NCBI GenBank assembly: GCA_963825525.1
Contig: CAWGTN010000002.1
Location: 864,001 to 928,000 of the forward strand
DNA: 64,000 bases
From: an uncultured Chloroflexia bacterium
GTDB taxonomy: Bacteria; Chloroflexota; Limnocylindria; QHBO01
Direction: 5' to 3'
The translations under genes were made by a program, and so were the position numbers. The notes under the pieces were generated by a model. The model was not told the origin of the DNA, searched no databases, and was given only the letters and a program-made list of their open reading frames with translations. Shown one piece after another: positions 1-11,225 of the stretch (position 1 is the first letter of the stretch; each line of letters starts with the position of its first letter).

Positions 1-2241
<2,241 letters not shown>

Positions 2242-2316
2242 CCTCAGTCGGCGATTGCTCGCGCGGATGTTCGATCCCGCACCGAGCCCCACCGCGGGCA
2301 GATCAATGGCGGCGGT

Positions 2317-2877
2317 CTACTCCTGCGTTCCCTCGGCCGACCCCGTGGTCTCGCTGCCGTCCTCCCCGACCTTGAGCGTGCACACGATCTCGCGGTCGCC
2401 CTCGTCCCACGTCTCCTGCGATGGAGTGACCGAGGTGATCCAGTACAGCGAGTCGTTGTAATCGGTCCCGACGTACTCCTCGAATGGCGGCTGACACGCG
2501 GCATCGGCGTACTCGACCATCGGATCGTCTCCCGGGTAATCCGCGTCCTCACCGCCCTCGTGATCGAGCACGGCAAAGACCTCGTAGATGTGCGTTCGGT
2601 CACAGCCGACCACGGTCACCGACCCCACGGAGTCACCCGAGGCGCTGAAGCAGTCGCCGATCGCGAGGTCGAAGACGCTCGTCTCTTCCCCATTGCCGTC
2701 GGTCGGTTCCGCGGATACCGACTCGATCGCCGCCGATGCCGCTCCTGTGGGAGTGGCCGTCGAAACGACGGCCGACATGGTCGGGTCACCGTCCGCAGCG
2801 TCGGATTGGCAACCGGCCAACGCGACGCCAAGCGAAAGGGCAATAGGCGTTAGGAAACGCTGAAGCTGACGCTTCAT
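2317..2877 (-). CDS. Septum-formation family lipoprotein
   Basis: Start refined to MKRQLQ; lipobox LAGC; Ser/Thr/Ala linker; domain VFDLAIGDCF...VGCDRTHIYEVFA...TPSQETWDEGDREIVC. Confidence 0.8.
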   Translation of the reverse strand: MKRQLQRFLTPIALSLGVALAGCQSDAADGDPTMSAVVSTATPTGAASAAIESVSAEPTDGNGEETSVFDLAIGDCFSASGDSVGSVTVVGCDRTHIYEVFAVLDHEGGEDADYPGDDPMVEYADAACQPPFEEYVGTDYNDSLYWITSVTPSQETWDEGDREIVCTLKVGEDGSETTGSAEGTQE

Positions 2878-2956
2878 GGGGCTCGTGTCCTCCACTCGTT
2901 CATGGCCATGTCGACCCGCACCGGCCGTCCGCGATACTTCGTCCATGATATGGCGC

Positions 2957-3769
2957 ATGGCGGCGCCGATGCGCCTCGTCCACCCGGCCCCGACCGCAGC
3001 CGTCGTGGCGCTCGCGACCGCGCTCGGAGCCGTCCTCCTCATCCAGGCCGGGCAGCCGGCCCTCGACGCGAGGCTTATTTTGACCAGCCTTGCGGTGCTC
3101 GGATCGCAGATTCTGACCGGTGCCACCAATGACTGGGTCGACCGCGATCGAGACCGGCTGGTACAGCCGGACAAGCCGATCCCGGCGGGCACGGTTTCGC
3201 CACGGGCTGCCCTCGGGATCGCCGCATCGGGCGCAATGCTCCAGGTCATGGCCTCGCTGCCGCTCGGCCCATCGGCCCTGCTGCTTGGGGCCGCCGCATC
3301 GGCGTCCGCCGCGGCCTACAACCTGTGGCTGTCGCGCGGTCCGTGGTCGGTCGTCCCCTACCTCGTCAGCTTCGGGCTCCTCCCACTGTGGGTGGCGGCC
3401 GGAGTCGCGGTTCCCCTGGAACGTGTGATCGTCGCCCCCCTGCTGGTCGGACCCTTCGCTGCGGCGGCGCACATCGCCAACGCATTGCGCGACTTCGACG
3501 CCGATCAACGCATCGGATCGCGCAACCTGGCCCAGGTCCTGGGCCGGCGCCCCGCGCTGCTTGCCGCGTGGCTATCGGCGGCTGCCGTCGGCGTCGCGGT
3601 CGGGGCGGGGCTGTGGCTCGACGGCCGCCTCGAGCCCATCTCGCTTGCACTCGGAGTCGTGGGGCTGATCGCGATCGCGCAGGGAATCGCCGGACCCCGC
3701 CAGCTGTGGGGCGGCATGCTCGTGGCGGCGGTGGTGTGGACCACTGCCTGGGCGCTCGCGACGGGCTGA
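2957..3769 (+). CDS. UbiA family prenyltransferase
   Basis: NDWVDRDRD...DKPIPAG Asp-rich motif, second motif NALRDFDAD, multiple TM helices. Confidence 0.85.
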   Translation: MAAPMRLVHPAPTAAVVALATALGAVLLIQAGQPALDARLILTSLAVLGSQILTGATNDWVDRDRDRLVQPDKPIPAGTVSPRAALGIAASGAMLQVMASLPLGPSALLLGAAASASAAAYNLWLSRGPWSVVPYLVSFGLLPLWVAAGVAVPLERVIVAPLLVGPFAAAAHIANALRDFDADQRIGSRNLAQVLGRRPALLAAWLSAAAVGVAVGAGLWLDGRLEPISLALGVVGLIAIAQGIAGPRQLWGGMLVAAVVWTTAWALATG

Positions 3770-3803
3770 GCGCCCGCGGCGGGCGTGTCAGCTCGATCGC
3801 AAG

Positions 3804-3956
3804 TCAGATTGCGTCGTCGAGCTCCATCATCTCGTCGTCGGTCTCTTCGGTGAGCTTCAGCCACACGAAGAGGCCCGCGAGGATGGTGAGCGGAATGACG
3901 ATCATCGCCGCGATGAGGGCGGTGATGCCGATGAGAAGAACCTTGATCGCCTTCAT
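3804..3956 (-). CDS. Small 50-aa single-pass membrane protein (not in ORF track)
   Basis: GGGGAG RBS, MKAIKVLLIGITALIAAMIVIPLTILAGLFVWLKLTEETDDEMMELDDAI*. Confidence 0.7.
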   Translation of the reverse strand: MKAIKVLLIGITALIAAMIVIPLTILAGLFVWLKLTEETDDEMMELDDAI

Positions 3957-3971
3957 GGGTGACTCCCCTGG

Positions 3972-4496
3972 CTACGACGCCCCGCTCTTCGGGGGGGCGC
4001 TCTTCTGACGCTGCTCGTGTGCAGACTCGATCATAGCCAAGATCTCGTCCTTCGTGAATTCGGCAAGGTGGTGGCCGCTGCTGCGCGGACCGCCGACCTT
4101 GAAGAGCCGAAGCACGAACGAGCCGTCCTGCTCGAACAGGAACACGTCATGTGCCTTCTCGCCATCGACGTAGGCGCCGATGATCCTCATCCCGAGCTCG
4201 TAGTAGTTGATGAGGTCCGGGTGGGCGCGATCAGAATCGGCGCTGCCGCGGCGCTCTGCCGACGCATCCATCATCTCCGCGACCTGTTCATCAGTCAGCT
4301 CATGGGTGCGCTTGACCATGGATCCGTAACTGTCGGAGTCGGCCGACCCCTGCGCCACGCCCAGGCCCTGCAGCAGGAACCCGCCCTCGAGCTCGAGCAG
4401 CAGGATCTCCTTGAGTCGCTCACTGTCGACAAAGGCCCCGATGCTGCGCAGAACCTCTTCCCAATCCTGACGCGGGCTGCCGTCGTAGATCCGCAT
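3972..4496 (-). CDS. Hypothetical protein with internal two-fold repeat
   Basis: GGAGG RBS, coding-like codon usage, two similar halves. Confidence 0.8.
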   Translation of the reverse strand: MRIYDGSPRQDWEEVLRSIGAFVDSERLKEILLLELEGGFLLQGLGVAQGSADSDSYGSMVKRTHELTDEQVAEMMDASAERRGSADSDRAHPDLINYYELGMRIIGAYVDGEKAHDVFLFEQDGSFVLRLFKVGGPRSSGHHLAEFTKDEILAMIESAHEQRQKSAPPKSGAS

Positions 4497-4559
4497 GGCT
4501 CGCGCATCACCCTCCGCTTGGCTTGCCTGTCGGCCGCCCGAGCATAGCGTCCGACGCCG

Positions 4560-5468
4560 TCAGGTCAAGGCCGATGCGACCACGCCGGCGGTCCTGGCGT
4601 TGGCGACGATGAGGGCGATATTCACGGCAAGCGTCCGCCCGCCGGAGGCGCGCGCAACGTAAGCCAGCAGGTGGGGAGTGACGAGCGCGCCGCGGACCGC
4701 GTTGGCCTCCGCATCGTCGAGGCCTGCCGCGATCCAGGCCTCCACCTCGGCAGCATCCAGCGCGACCTCGGCAGGCGGTGGTTGGACGATGAGCATGCCA
4801 CCAGCGCCGGGGAGTGCTCGATGCGCCCGAATCGCGTCGGCGGCAGCAATCGGTCCGTCGACGCGATGCGGCAGTCGCAGCCCGGACGTGGTGCTGTAGA
4901 ACGCCGGCAGCTCGTCCACCCCGTAGCCCACCACCGGCACACGTCGCGTCTCGAGCATCTCTAGCGTCGCGGGAAGGTCGAGGATCGACTTCGCCCCGGC
5001 ACAGATCACGGCGACCGGGGTGGCCGCGAGCTCATCGATGTCGCTCGACACGTCGAAGCCGGTCGCCGCGCCACGATGGACCCCGCCGATGCCGCCGGTG
5101 GCAAACACCACGATCCCGCTCATGTGCGCGATGCGCATGGTCGCGCTGACGGTCGTGGATGCCAGGCGTCCAGCGGCGAGAAGCGGGCCGAGGTCGCGGG
5201 ATCCGGCCTTCGCGACGTCGCGATCGGGATCGGCCAATCGCTCGAGCAGCTCGCGCGGTGCGCCCACGATGAGCCGTCCGCCCTCCAGGGCCGTGGTTGC
5301 CGGGACGGCGCCCGATTCACGAATCGCCGCCTCGGCCGCCAACGCCGTCTCGAGATTGTGAGGCACCGGAAGGCCCTGCGCTATCAGGCTGGACTCGAGG
5401 GCCACGACCGGCCGGCCATTCTCGAACGCCACACGCACCTCGTCCGCGATGAGCAGCGCTGGCGTCAT
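4560..5468 (-). CDS. psuG: Pseudouridine-5'-phosphate glycosidase
   Basis: PVVALESSLIAQGLP, ATGGIGGVHRG, DVSSD, AGAKSILDL motifs; start MTPALL overlaps the upstream stop. Confidence 0.95.
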   Translation of the reverse strand: MTPALLIADEVRVAFENGRPVVALESSLIAQGLPVPHNLETALAAEAAIRESGAVPATTALEGGRLIVGAPRELLERLADPDRDVAKAGSRDLGPLLAAGRLASTTVSATMRIAHMSGIVVFATGGIGGVHRGAATGFDVSSDIDELAATPVAVICAGAKSILDLPATLEMLETRRVPVVGYGVDELPAFYSTTSGLRLPHRVDGPIAAADAIRAHRALPGAGGMLIVQPPPAEVALDAAEVEAWIAAGLDDAEANAVRGALVTPHLLAYVARASGGRTLAVNIALIVANARTAGVVASALT

Positions 5469-6346
5469 CGGGATGCCACCCCGATCGACTCGGATGGGAG
5501 CCGCGCCTGGGCGCCGATGAGCAGCGCCACCCCACCGGCAACACGCGCCGCTTCCCTCAGCGAGGACTGCAGGCTCTCGCCCGATGGAGGCCACGATTCG
5601 TCCATGAGGCCATCCAGCATGGCCGCTGCGAACGCGTCCCCGGCACCCGTGGTGTCGACGGCCGGAGGCGAGTCGGGAAGGGCCAGGCTGGTCGATGCGC
5701 CATCTACGGTGCAGCGAACCTCGGTCGCCGACGTGGTAACGACAACCGTGGCGAGGTCATCAACGGAGCCGAGCTGCGCCGCCTCGTCGCTGTTGAGGAT
5801 CACCAGATCGGCTCGCAGCGCCTGCAGCGCGGTACGCCATGCCGCCAGGAGGGGAGCCGGGACCGCGCAGCCAACGACCACGCGACGCGTGTCGAGCGCT
5901 CCGACCAGCCGGACGAGGTCCGGCGCCCCAGGTTCGAGCAGCAGGTATCCGGAGATCAGGGTCCAGGGTGCGGCAGGCATGTCCAACCCTGACAGCGATG
6001 CGGCGAATGGCGACCGCTGGCTCATCATCGTCCGCTCCCCGGATGCGTCGCGCAGCACGACCACGCTTCCGCTGGCCGCCACGTTGACCGAGGAGACGTG
6101 CACGGTTTCGGCGCGCAGCGCATCGGCCACCAGGCGCCCCACGCCGTCGTCGGCGAGACCGCACACGAGGTGAACCCTTCGCCCGCGCCGGGCGAGGCGG
6201 ACGGCGAGATTCGCACCCTGGCCGCCGGGCAGCGCCTGGACCGCTGCGGGGACATCCGCCCCGGGCCGCATCGGCTCCGACGGCGCGACTGACACGTCCA
6301 GCAGCCCATCACCCAGCACGACAACCTCGGGAGCGTGATCCGTCAC
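5465..6346 (-). CDS. PfkB family carbohydrate/nucleoside kinase (probable pseudouridine kinase)
   Basis: PGGQGAN and DTTGAGDAF signatures; coupled to psuG; GTG start in GTGA overlap. Confidence 0.88.
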   Translation of the reverse strand: MTDHAPEVVVLGDGLLDVSVAPSEPMRPGADVPAAVQALPGGQGANLAVRLARRGRRVHLVCGLADDGVGRLVADALRAETVHVSSVNVAASGSVVVLRDASGERTMMSQRSPFAASLSGLDMPAAPWTLISGYLLLEPGAPDLVRLVGALDTRRVVVGCAVPAPLLAAWRTALQALRADLVILNSDEAAQLGSVDDLATVVVTTSATEVRCTVDGASTSLALPDSPPAVDTTGAGDAFAAAMLDGLMDESWPPSGESLQSSLREAARVAGGVALLIGAQARLPSESIGVASR

Positions 6347-6732
6347 AGGGGTCGCCTCGCGGTGAATCCCTCGCGCGTCGTGTGCCAATAGCCCAGCTGA
6401 GGATCCGACAGGCGCCAGCACAGCCACGCACGCTCACCGTCCCGGACCGTCGGGATATCCACCAGTCCGTCGTCGAGGTCCCGCACCACGAGCCCGAGAG
6501 ACTCGAGATGGTCGAGCAGATCGCGGACGCGGGACTGGAGCTCGGCGTTCATTGCCTCGAGGCGCTCCCGCTCCCGACCCCCACTCGCGTCCCGAACCCG
6601 GAGCCGATGGTGGAGCGTGTCGTGGGCGTCGTCAGCCCGCTGGCGTTCGATCGCCAGTTGAAGCAGCGAACCGCGAATCAGCGGCAACAGGGCCTGGGCC
6701 TGGTCGACGGTGTAGGTGGGGTCTTCATCCAT
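6343..6732 (-). CDS. DUF2203 family protein
   Basis: YTVDQAQALLP...VRDLDDGLVDIP...WLCWRLSDP...YWH...GFTARRPL. Confidence 0.88.
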   Translation of the reverse strand: MDEDPTYTVDQAQALLPLIRGSLLQLAIERQRADDAHDTLHHRLRVRDASGGRERERLEAMNAELQSRVRDLLDHLESLGLVVRDLDDGLVDIPTVRDGERAWLCWRLSDPQLGYWHTTREGFTARRPL

Positions 6733-6834
6733 GGGTCACGGGCGATGGTAGCGTGCTAGGATCGGCGACCGGATGGCCTGCTCCGCTCCGCGACGGCGCC
6801 GATCCGACCCGCCGGAGGTGAGCGCAGGCGCGCC

Positions 6835-7926
6835 ATGACCGACGAGAGACCGCAATTCGCGCGCAGCATCAACGACGAGGCCGAGCCGAACGGCGACCCG
6901 TACACCGCGTACGACGACTTCAACCTCCCGGCGTACGCCGGACTCCCGAGCTTCCAGAAGCTGCCATGGATCACCGACGCCGATGCGCTGGCCGCGGCAC
7001 GCCCCGATGTGGCCATCGTGGGCGCACCGTTCGACGACGCCGTCAGCCACCGGCCGGGCGCCCGCTTCGGGCCGCGTGCGATTCGCCAGGCCAGCTATCA
7101 CTCGGGCGCCATCAACTCGCTGCAGCTCGGCATCGAGCCGTACGACTGGCTGCGGATCGTGGACGCCGGCGATGCGCCCGTGACGCCGATGAACATCGAG
7201 CGCGCGCACGAGGTCATCGAGCGCAAGGTGCTCGAGGTCGCCGCCACCGGCGCCATCCCGATCATCCTGGGCGGTGATCACTCGATCACCTACCCGGCGG
7301 CGACTGCCATCGCGCGTCACGTCGCGCCGCGCGGCCTGGGCATCGTGCATTTCGATGCGCACGCTGACGCTGCCAACTCCACCTGGGGCACGCTGCGATC
7401 CCATGGCGCCCCGATGCGACGGCTCATCGAATCCGGTGCGGTCTCCGGCCGCAACTTCGTGCAGGTCGGCCTGCGCGGCTACTGGCCCGGTGCCGAGACA
7501 ATGGAATGGATGCGCGCGCAGGGCATGCGCTGGCACCTCATGACCGAGATCGAGGAGCGCGGCGCGGAGGCGGTCATCGACGATGCCATTGCCGAGGCCC
7601 TCGACGGGCCCGAGGTGATCTACCTGTCGGTCGATATCGACGTCATCGATCCGGGCATGGCACCCGGCACCGGCACGCCCGAGCCCGGCGGCATGCTGAC
7701 CCGCGAGCTGCTCAGGGCCGTGCGCCAGATCGTCGGCTCGGTGGAGCTTGCCGGGATGGACGTCGTGGAGGTCTCCCCGCCCTTCGACCAGGCAGAGGTC
7801 ACGGCGGCCGCTGCCCATCGCTGCGTGCTCGAGGCGATCAGCGCGCTGGCGGCGAGGCGTCGCGCATCGGGTGCCTCCCCGATTGCCAGCATGGGAGCAG
7901 GCAGCGATTCCTCCGGCGGAGGCTAG
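6835..7926 (+). CDS. speB: Agmatinase / ureohydrolase
   Basis: GAPFD, RPGARFGP, GGDHS, HFDAHAD, SVDID, PGTGTPEPGG, DVVEVSP; GGAGG RBS. Confidence 0.9.
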   Translation: MTDERPQFARSINDEAEPNGDPYTAYDDFNLPAYAGLPSFQKLPWITDADALAAARPDVAIVGAPFDDAVSHRPGARFGPRAIRQASYHSGAINSLQLGIEPYDWLRIVDAGDAPVTPMNIERAHEVIERKVLEVAATGAIPIILGGDHSITYPAATAIARHVAPRGLGIVHFDAHADAANSTWGTLRSHGAPMRRLIESGAVSGRNFVQVGLRGYWPGAETMEWMRAQGMRWHLMTEIEERGAEAVIDDAIAEALDGPEVIYLSVDIDVIDPGMAPGTGTPEPGGMLTRELLRAVRQIVGSVELAGMDVVEVSPPFDQAEVTAAAAHRCVLEAISALAARRRASGASPIASMGAGSDSSGGG

Positions 7927-7931
7927 GCCCC

Positions 7932-8540
7932 TCAGCCCCGGCGCTTGACGAGTTCGGTGGTGGCGACCACCTCGCCATTGCGCGTTGCCGTCAACGTGTA
8001 CTCCCCCGAGGGCAGCGACCGCGCCTGGAAGGTCGAGTAGTAGTAGCCGTTCCCACCACCCTGGAGGGTGTATGCCCCGCCCGGGGCACTGCCGCCCGGG
8101 CCGCTCAGAACAACGTTGATCACGTCACCCGCCCGGGCATCGGTGAAGCGCACGAGCGCGGTGAAGGTCGCCAGGTCGCGCGGAATGCGCTCGATCCGAC
8201 CGTCGCAATCCGAGCCGGACAGGGAACGGCACGCGACGACCTCGGCGCTGAACGTGTCCGGCACTGGTACCGGCGTCGGTGTGACGGGAGCGGGCGTGGG
8301 CTCGGGGGTTGCGGTCGACGCCGGGGTGAGCGTCGGCAACGGAGACGCGGATGCGGGATCGGGAGAAGGCGTCACCACCGCGCCACCCGGCTCCCCGGCG
8401 ATCACGGTCGGGCTCGCCGTCTCGCGGTCGGAGGCCGAACGAGCCGCGTCCCCGCCGCGAGGCCACAGCACGACCACCGCGATGACGAGGAGAACGAGTG
8501 CGGCGGGGATCCTCAGCAGCTCGAAGGTGGACCGTGACAT
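7932..8540 (-). CDS. Membrane-anchored protein with Pro/Thr linker and C-terminal Ig-like beta domain
   Basis: N-terminal TM (IPAALVLLVIAVVVLWP), PT-rich linker, ...LPSGEYTLTATRNGE. Confidence 0.7.
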   Translation of the reverse strand: MSRSTFELLRIPAALVLLVIAVVVLWPRGGDAARSASDRETASPTVIAGEPGGAVVTPSPDPASASPLPTLTPASTATPEPTPAPVTPTPVPVPDTFSAEVVACRSLSGSDCDGRIERIPRDLATFTALVRFTDARAGDVINVVLSGPGGSAPGGAYTLQGGGNGYYYSTFQARSLPSGEYTLTATRNGEVVATTELVKRRG

Positions 8541-8577
8541 GGGGCACGCATCTGCAGGTTGTTGACCAGCCCGCGGC

Positions 8578-9744
8578 TCAGGAAACCTCGAAGCTGGTCG
8601 AGCTTGCGGGTTGGCCGTTTCGCGTGATCTCGACGTCGTACGTGCCCGGTCCGAGGCCGCTGAACGGGAAGTAGGTCCAGCCACCGGGGCAACGCGGGCT
8701 GCAGCCGATGCGCGCCAGGTCGATTGATCCCTCACCGACGGTGGAGCCATCCGGACCGATGATCTCGGCGCCGATCACGTCGTTCTGCGTCCCGTTCGTG
8801 AACCCGACCCAGACCCAGACGTTGCCGCTGTTGCTCACCGCATTGGAGTCGCAGCCGTCTGCACCGGCGCTGCCGGGAATGCAGGGCTGGGCCTCGGCGG
8901 TGAAGCCGTCGGGGAAGACGACCGGGTCGCCGCTGGCCGTCGGGTCGCCGCTGGCCCCGCTGGGGTCCGTGCTCGGCTCGCTGCTCGGCTGCTGGCTGGG
9001 GATCGCGCTCTCGGTCAGGGTCGGGCTGGGGGTGAGGGTCGGGTCGACGGAGCCGGTGTTCGGGTCGCCGTTGAAGACGCCGGCCAGGACCGCGCCGCCG
9101 AGCAGCGCCAGGACCCCGAGCCCCAGGAAGCCGAGGACGGCAAACGCGCCCGCCCCCGTGGACCGGCGGCCACCGTCGTCATCCCACTCGTCGTACTCGT
9201 AGGGGTACTCCGCGGGATCGTAGGCAGCCTCGTCGTAGTTGTCGATGTGCTCCGGCGGGTCGGTGGGCGCCGCGAGATCGACCGGCGCCGCGACCGGCGG
9301 CACCGTTCGAGTCCGATCCGCCCAATCGTCTCGGTCCCTGGTGAGATCCGGGCGCTCCGACGGTGTCGACGCCGCCGGTTGGATCGGCTCGGCGGGAGGC
9401 GCTGGCGTCGCGGGCGGCGATACCGGCACGCCGGTCTCACCCAGCTCGTCGCGTCGGCGCGATTCCTGGCGATGAGATCGGCGCGCGCGAGCATCTTCCG
9501 GCTCCGGCTCGAAGCGCTCGTAGGCCGGCGCCGCGTCATCGTCGGCGGCAGCGCCGCGGCGGTATGGATCGGCGCCCGAGCGTCGCGCCCGGATCCGATC
9601 CTGCAGCTCGTCGCGATCCATGCCACGTGGACGAATCCGGGCGTCCTGCGGGATCGCCGACCCGCACTGGGTGCAGAACGCCGCCGGAACCGTCGAGCGG
9701 TGGCAGGTCGGACACCGGATCTCGCCCGGTTTGGGGGTTGCCAT
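8578..9744 (-). CDS. Zinc-ribbon single-pass membrane protein with C-terminal Ig-like domain
   Basis: CPTC..CTQCG ribbon, acidic linker, TM FAVLGFLGLGVLALLGGAVLAG, ...LGPGTYDVEITRNGQ. Confidence 0.75.
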   Translation of the reverse strand: MATPKPGEIRCPTCHRSTVPAAFCTQCGSAIPQDARIRPRGMDRDELQDRIRARRSGADPYRRGAAADDDAAPAYERFEPEPEDARARRSHRQESRRRDELGETGVPVSPPATPAPPAEPIQPAASTPSERPDLTRDRDDWADRTRTVPPVAAPVDLAAPTDPPEHIDNYDEAAYDPAEYPYEYDEWDDDGGRRSTGAGAFAVLGFLGLGVLALLGGAVLAGVFNGDPNTGSVDPTLTPSPTLTESAIPSQQPSSEPSTDPSGASGDPTASGDPVVFPDGFTAEAQPCIPGSAGADGCDSNAVSNSGNVWVWVGFTNGTQNDVIGAEIIGPDGSTVGEGSIDLARIGCSPRCPGGWTYFPFSGLGPGTYDVEITRNGQPASSTSFEVS

Positions 9745-9805
9745 GTGCGGCATTGTGCCTTCCCCGGTCACGATTTGCACGCCGCCGACGGGCGGGATCG
9801 CGTCA

Positions 9806-10573
9806 TCAGAGAATTGCGAGCTCCGAGGCCAGCGCCGGTGTGATCGCATCCGCCCAGAAGCCGTAGCCGACCGGCGAGGGGTGGAATCCATCCTCGCTCG
9901 TCGCGTCCGGCCGCCCGATGAACCGGGGGCTGGCATCGGCCGCGATGTCCACGAATCTCACCCCGGGGACGCCTTCCGCGGCCGAGCGCTGCTCGGCTCG
10001 CAGCACGCCCGCGTAGCGGTCCACCAGCGTGCGCAACGGCTCGGGGATGATCCTGGTGCCGGCAAATCTCGGTGTTCCGGCGAGAACGACAGGCACGCCC
10101 AGCGCACGCGCCCGCAGGAGCAGTGCCCTCGTCTGATGGCGCACCCGAGTCCATGGGGTGCCATGGGTGGCGTCGTTCGAGCCAACCACCACCACCACGG
10201 CGTCGAACTCATCGCTCACCCGCGGCAGCTGCTCCGCGAGCACGCTGGCCGTCCGAGCGCCCGAAACGCCGAACCCGACGACGTCGACGGGCCGCTCCAG
10301 GCGATCGGCCGCCCGCTGCGCAATCAGGAACGGCAGCGACTCGCGCTCGGTGTGCGAGCCGACGCCGGCCACCGTCGAGTCGCCGAGAACCGCAAGCCGC
10401 AGCGGGCGCTTGTCGCGGCCCGCACCGTCCCGCGGGACCACGCGGGCATCGACGCGGTAGCCGGGGTCCGTCGGCAGGTACGTCCGCCGCGTCAGCAGGT
10501 AGACCTCGGTGGCAAGGAGCGCGACCGTGCCACCGACCGCGAGGCCCAGACCCAGCGCGAAGCCACGGGTCAT
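9806..10573 (-). CDS. SGNH/GDSL hydrolase
   Basis: LGDSTVAG, GVSGART, GSND, DGFHPS blocks; N-terminal anchor. Confidence 0.92.
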   Translation of the reverse strand: MTRGFALGLGLAVGGTVALLATEVYLLTRRTYLPTDPGYRVDARVVPRDGAGRDKRPLRLAVLGDSTVAGVGSHTERESLPFLIAQRAADRLERPVDVVGFGVSGARTASVLAEQLPRVSDEFDAVVVVVGSNDATHGTPWTRVRHQTRALLLRARALGVPVVLAGTPRFAGTRIIPEPLRTLVDRYAGVLRAEQRSAAEGVPGVRFVDIAADASPRFIGRPDATSEDGFHPSPVGYGFWADAITPALASELAIL

Positions 10574-11223
10574 GCTCCGGGCCGCTTCCACTCGCTGCCA
10601 TCGGCGTAGCGTTCCCGCTTCCAGATCGGCAGGCGCTCCTTGATGGCCTCGATCACGAACCGGTTGGCCTCGTAGGCCTCTGCCCGATGCGCTGCCGCGA
10701 CGACGATGGCGACGGCCGCTTCACCGATCGGCACGACCCCGTGTCGGTGCTGAACCCCGACCCTGACCGGCCAGCGACGCTCCGCCTCATCTGCGATCTC
10801 GAGCAGGACATTCGACGCCATCTCGGGGTACACCTCGTACTCGAGTTCGGTGACCGGTCGGCCATCATCGGCGTGGTCCCGTGCGCGACCGACGAACGTC
10901 ACGAGCGCCCCGTGTTCACGGCCGGCAACGAGCGTCTCGAGGGCCTCGACGTCGATCGGCCCCGGACCGAGGGCCGTCGTCGCACCACCGCTGACGGGAG
11001 GCAGGAGGGCGAGGACGTCGTCATCGGCCAGTTGATCGTTCCATGTCGCGTATACGCCGTTGCGCGCCACCCGCACGTACTGCCGATGCGGGTCGAGGTC
11101 GGGATGGCGCAGCACCATTGCCTCCCAGGCATCGGTCACGGTCGCCGATGCCACGAGCTCAAGGGTCGTCTCGCTCCCCGCGATCTCACGCAGGGACGCG
11201 AAGCATCGAATGCTGACGCGCAC
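10570..11223 (-). CDS. moaE: Fused molybdopterin synthase MoaD-MoaE
   Basis: FASLRE...LLPPVSGG (MoaD) then GALVTFVGRAR, LEYEVY, HRAEAYEA, IKERLPIWKRE (MoaE). Confidence 0.92.
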   Translation of the reverse strand: MRVSIRCFASLREIAGSETTLELVASATVTDAWEAMVLRHPDLDPHRQYVRVARNGVYATWNDQLADDDVLALLPPVSGGATTALGPGPIDVEALETLVAGREHGALVTFVGRARDHADDGRPVTELEYEVYPEMASNVLLEIADEAERRWPVRVGVQHRHGVVPIGEAAVAIVVAAAHRAEAYEANRFVIEAIKERLPIWKRERYADGSEWKRPGA

Positions 11224-11225
11224 GA

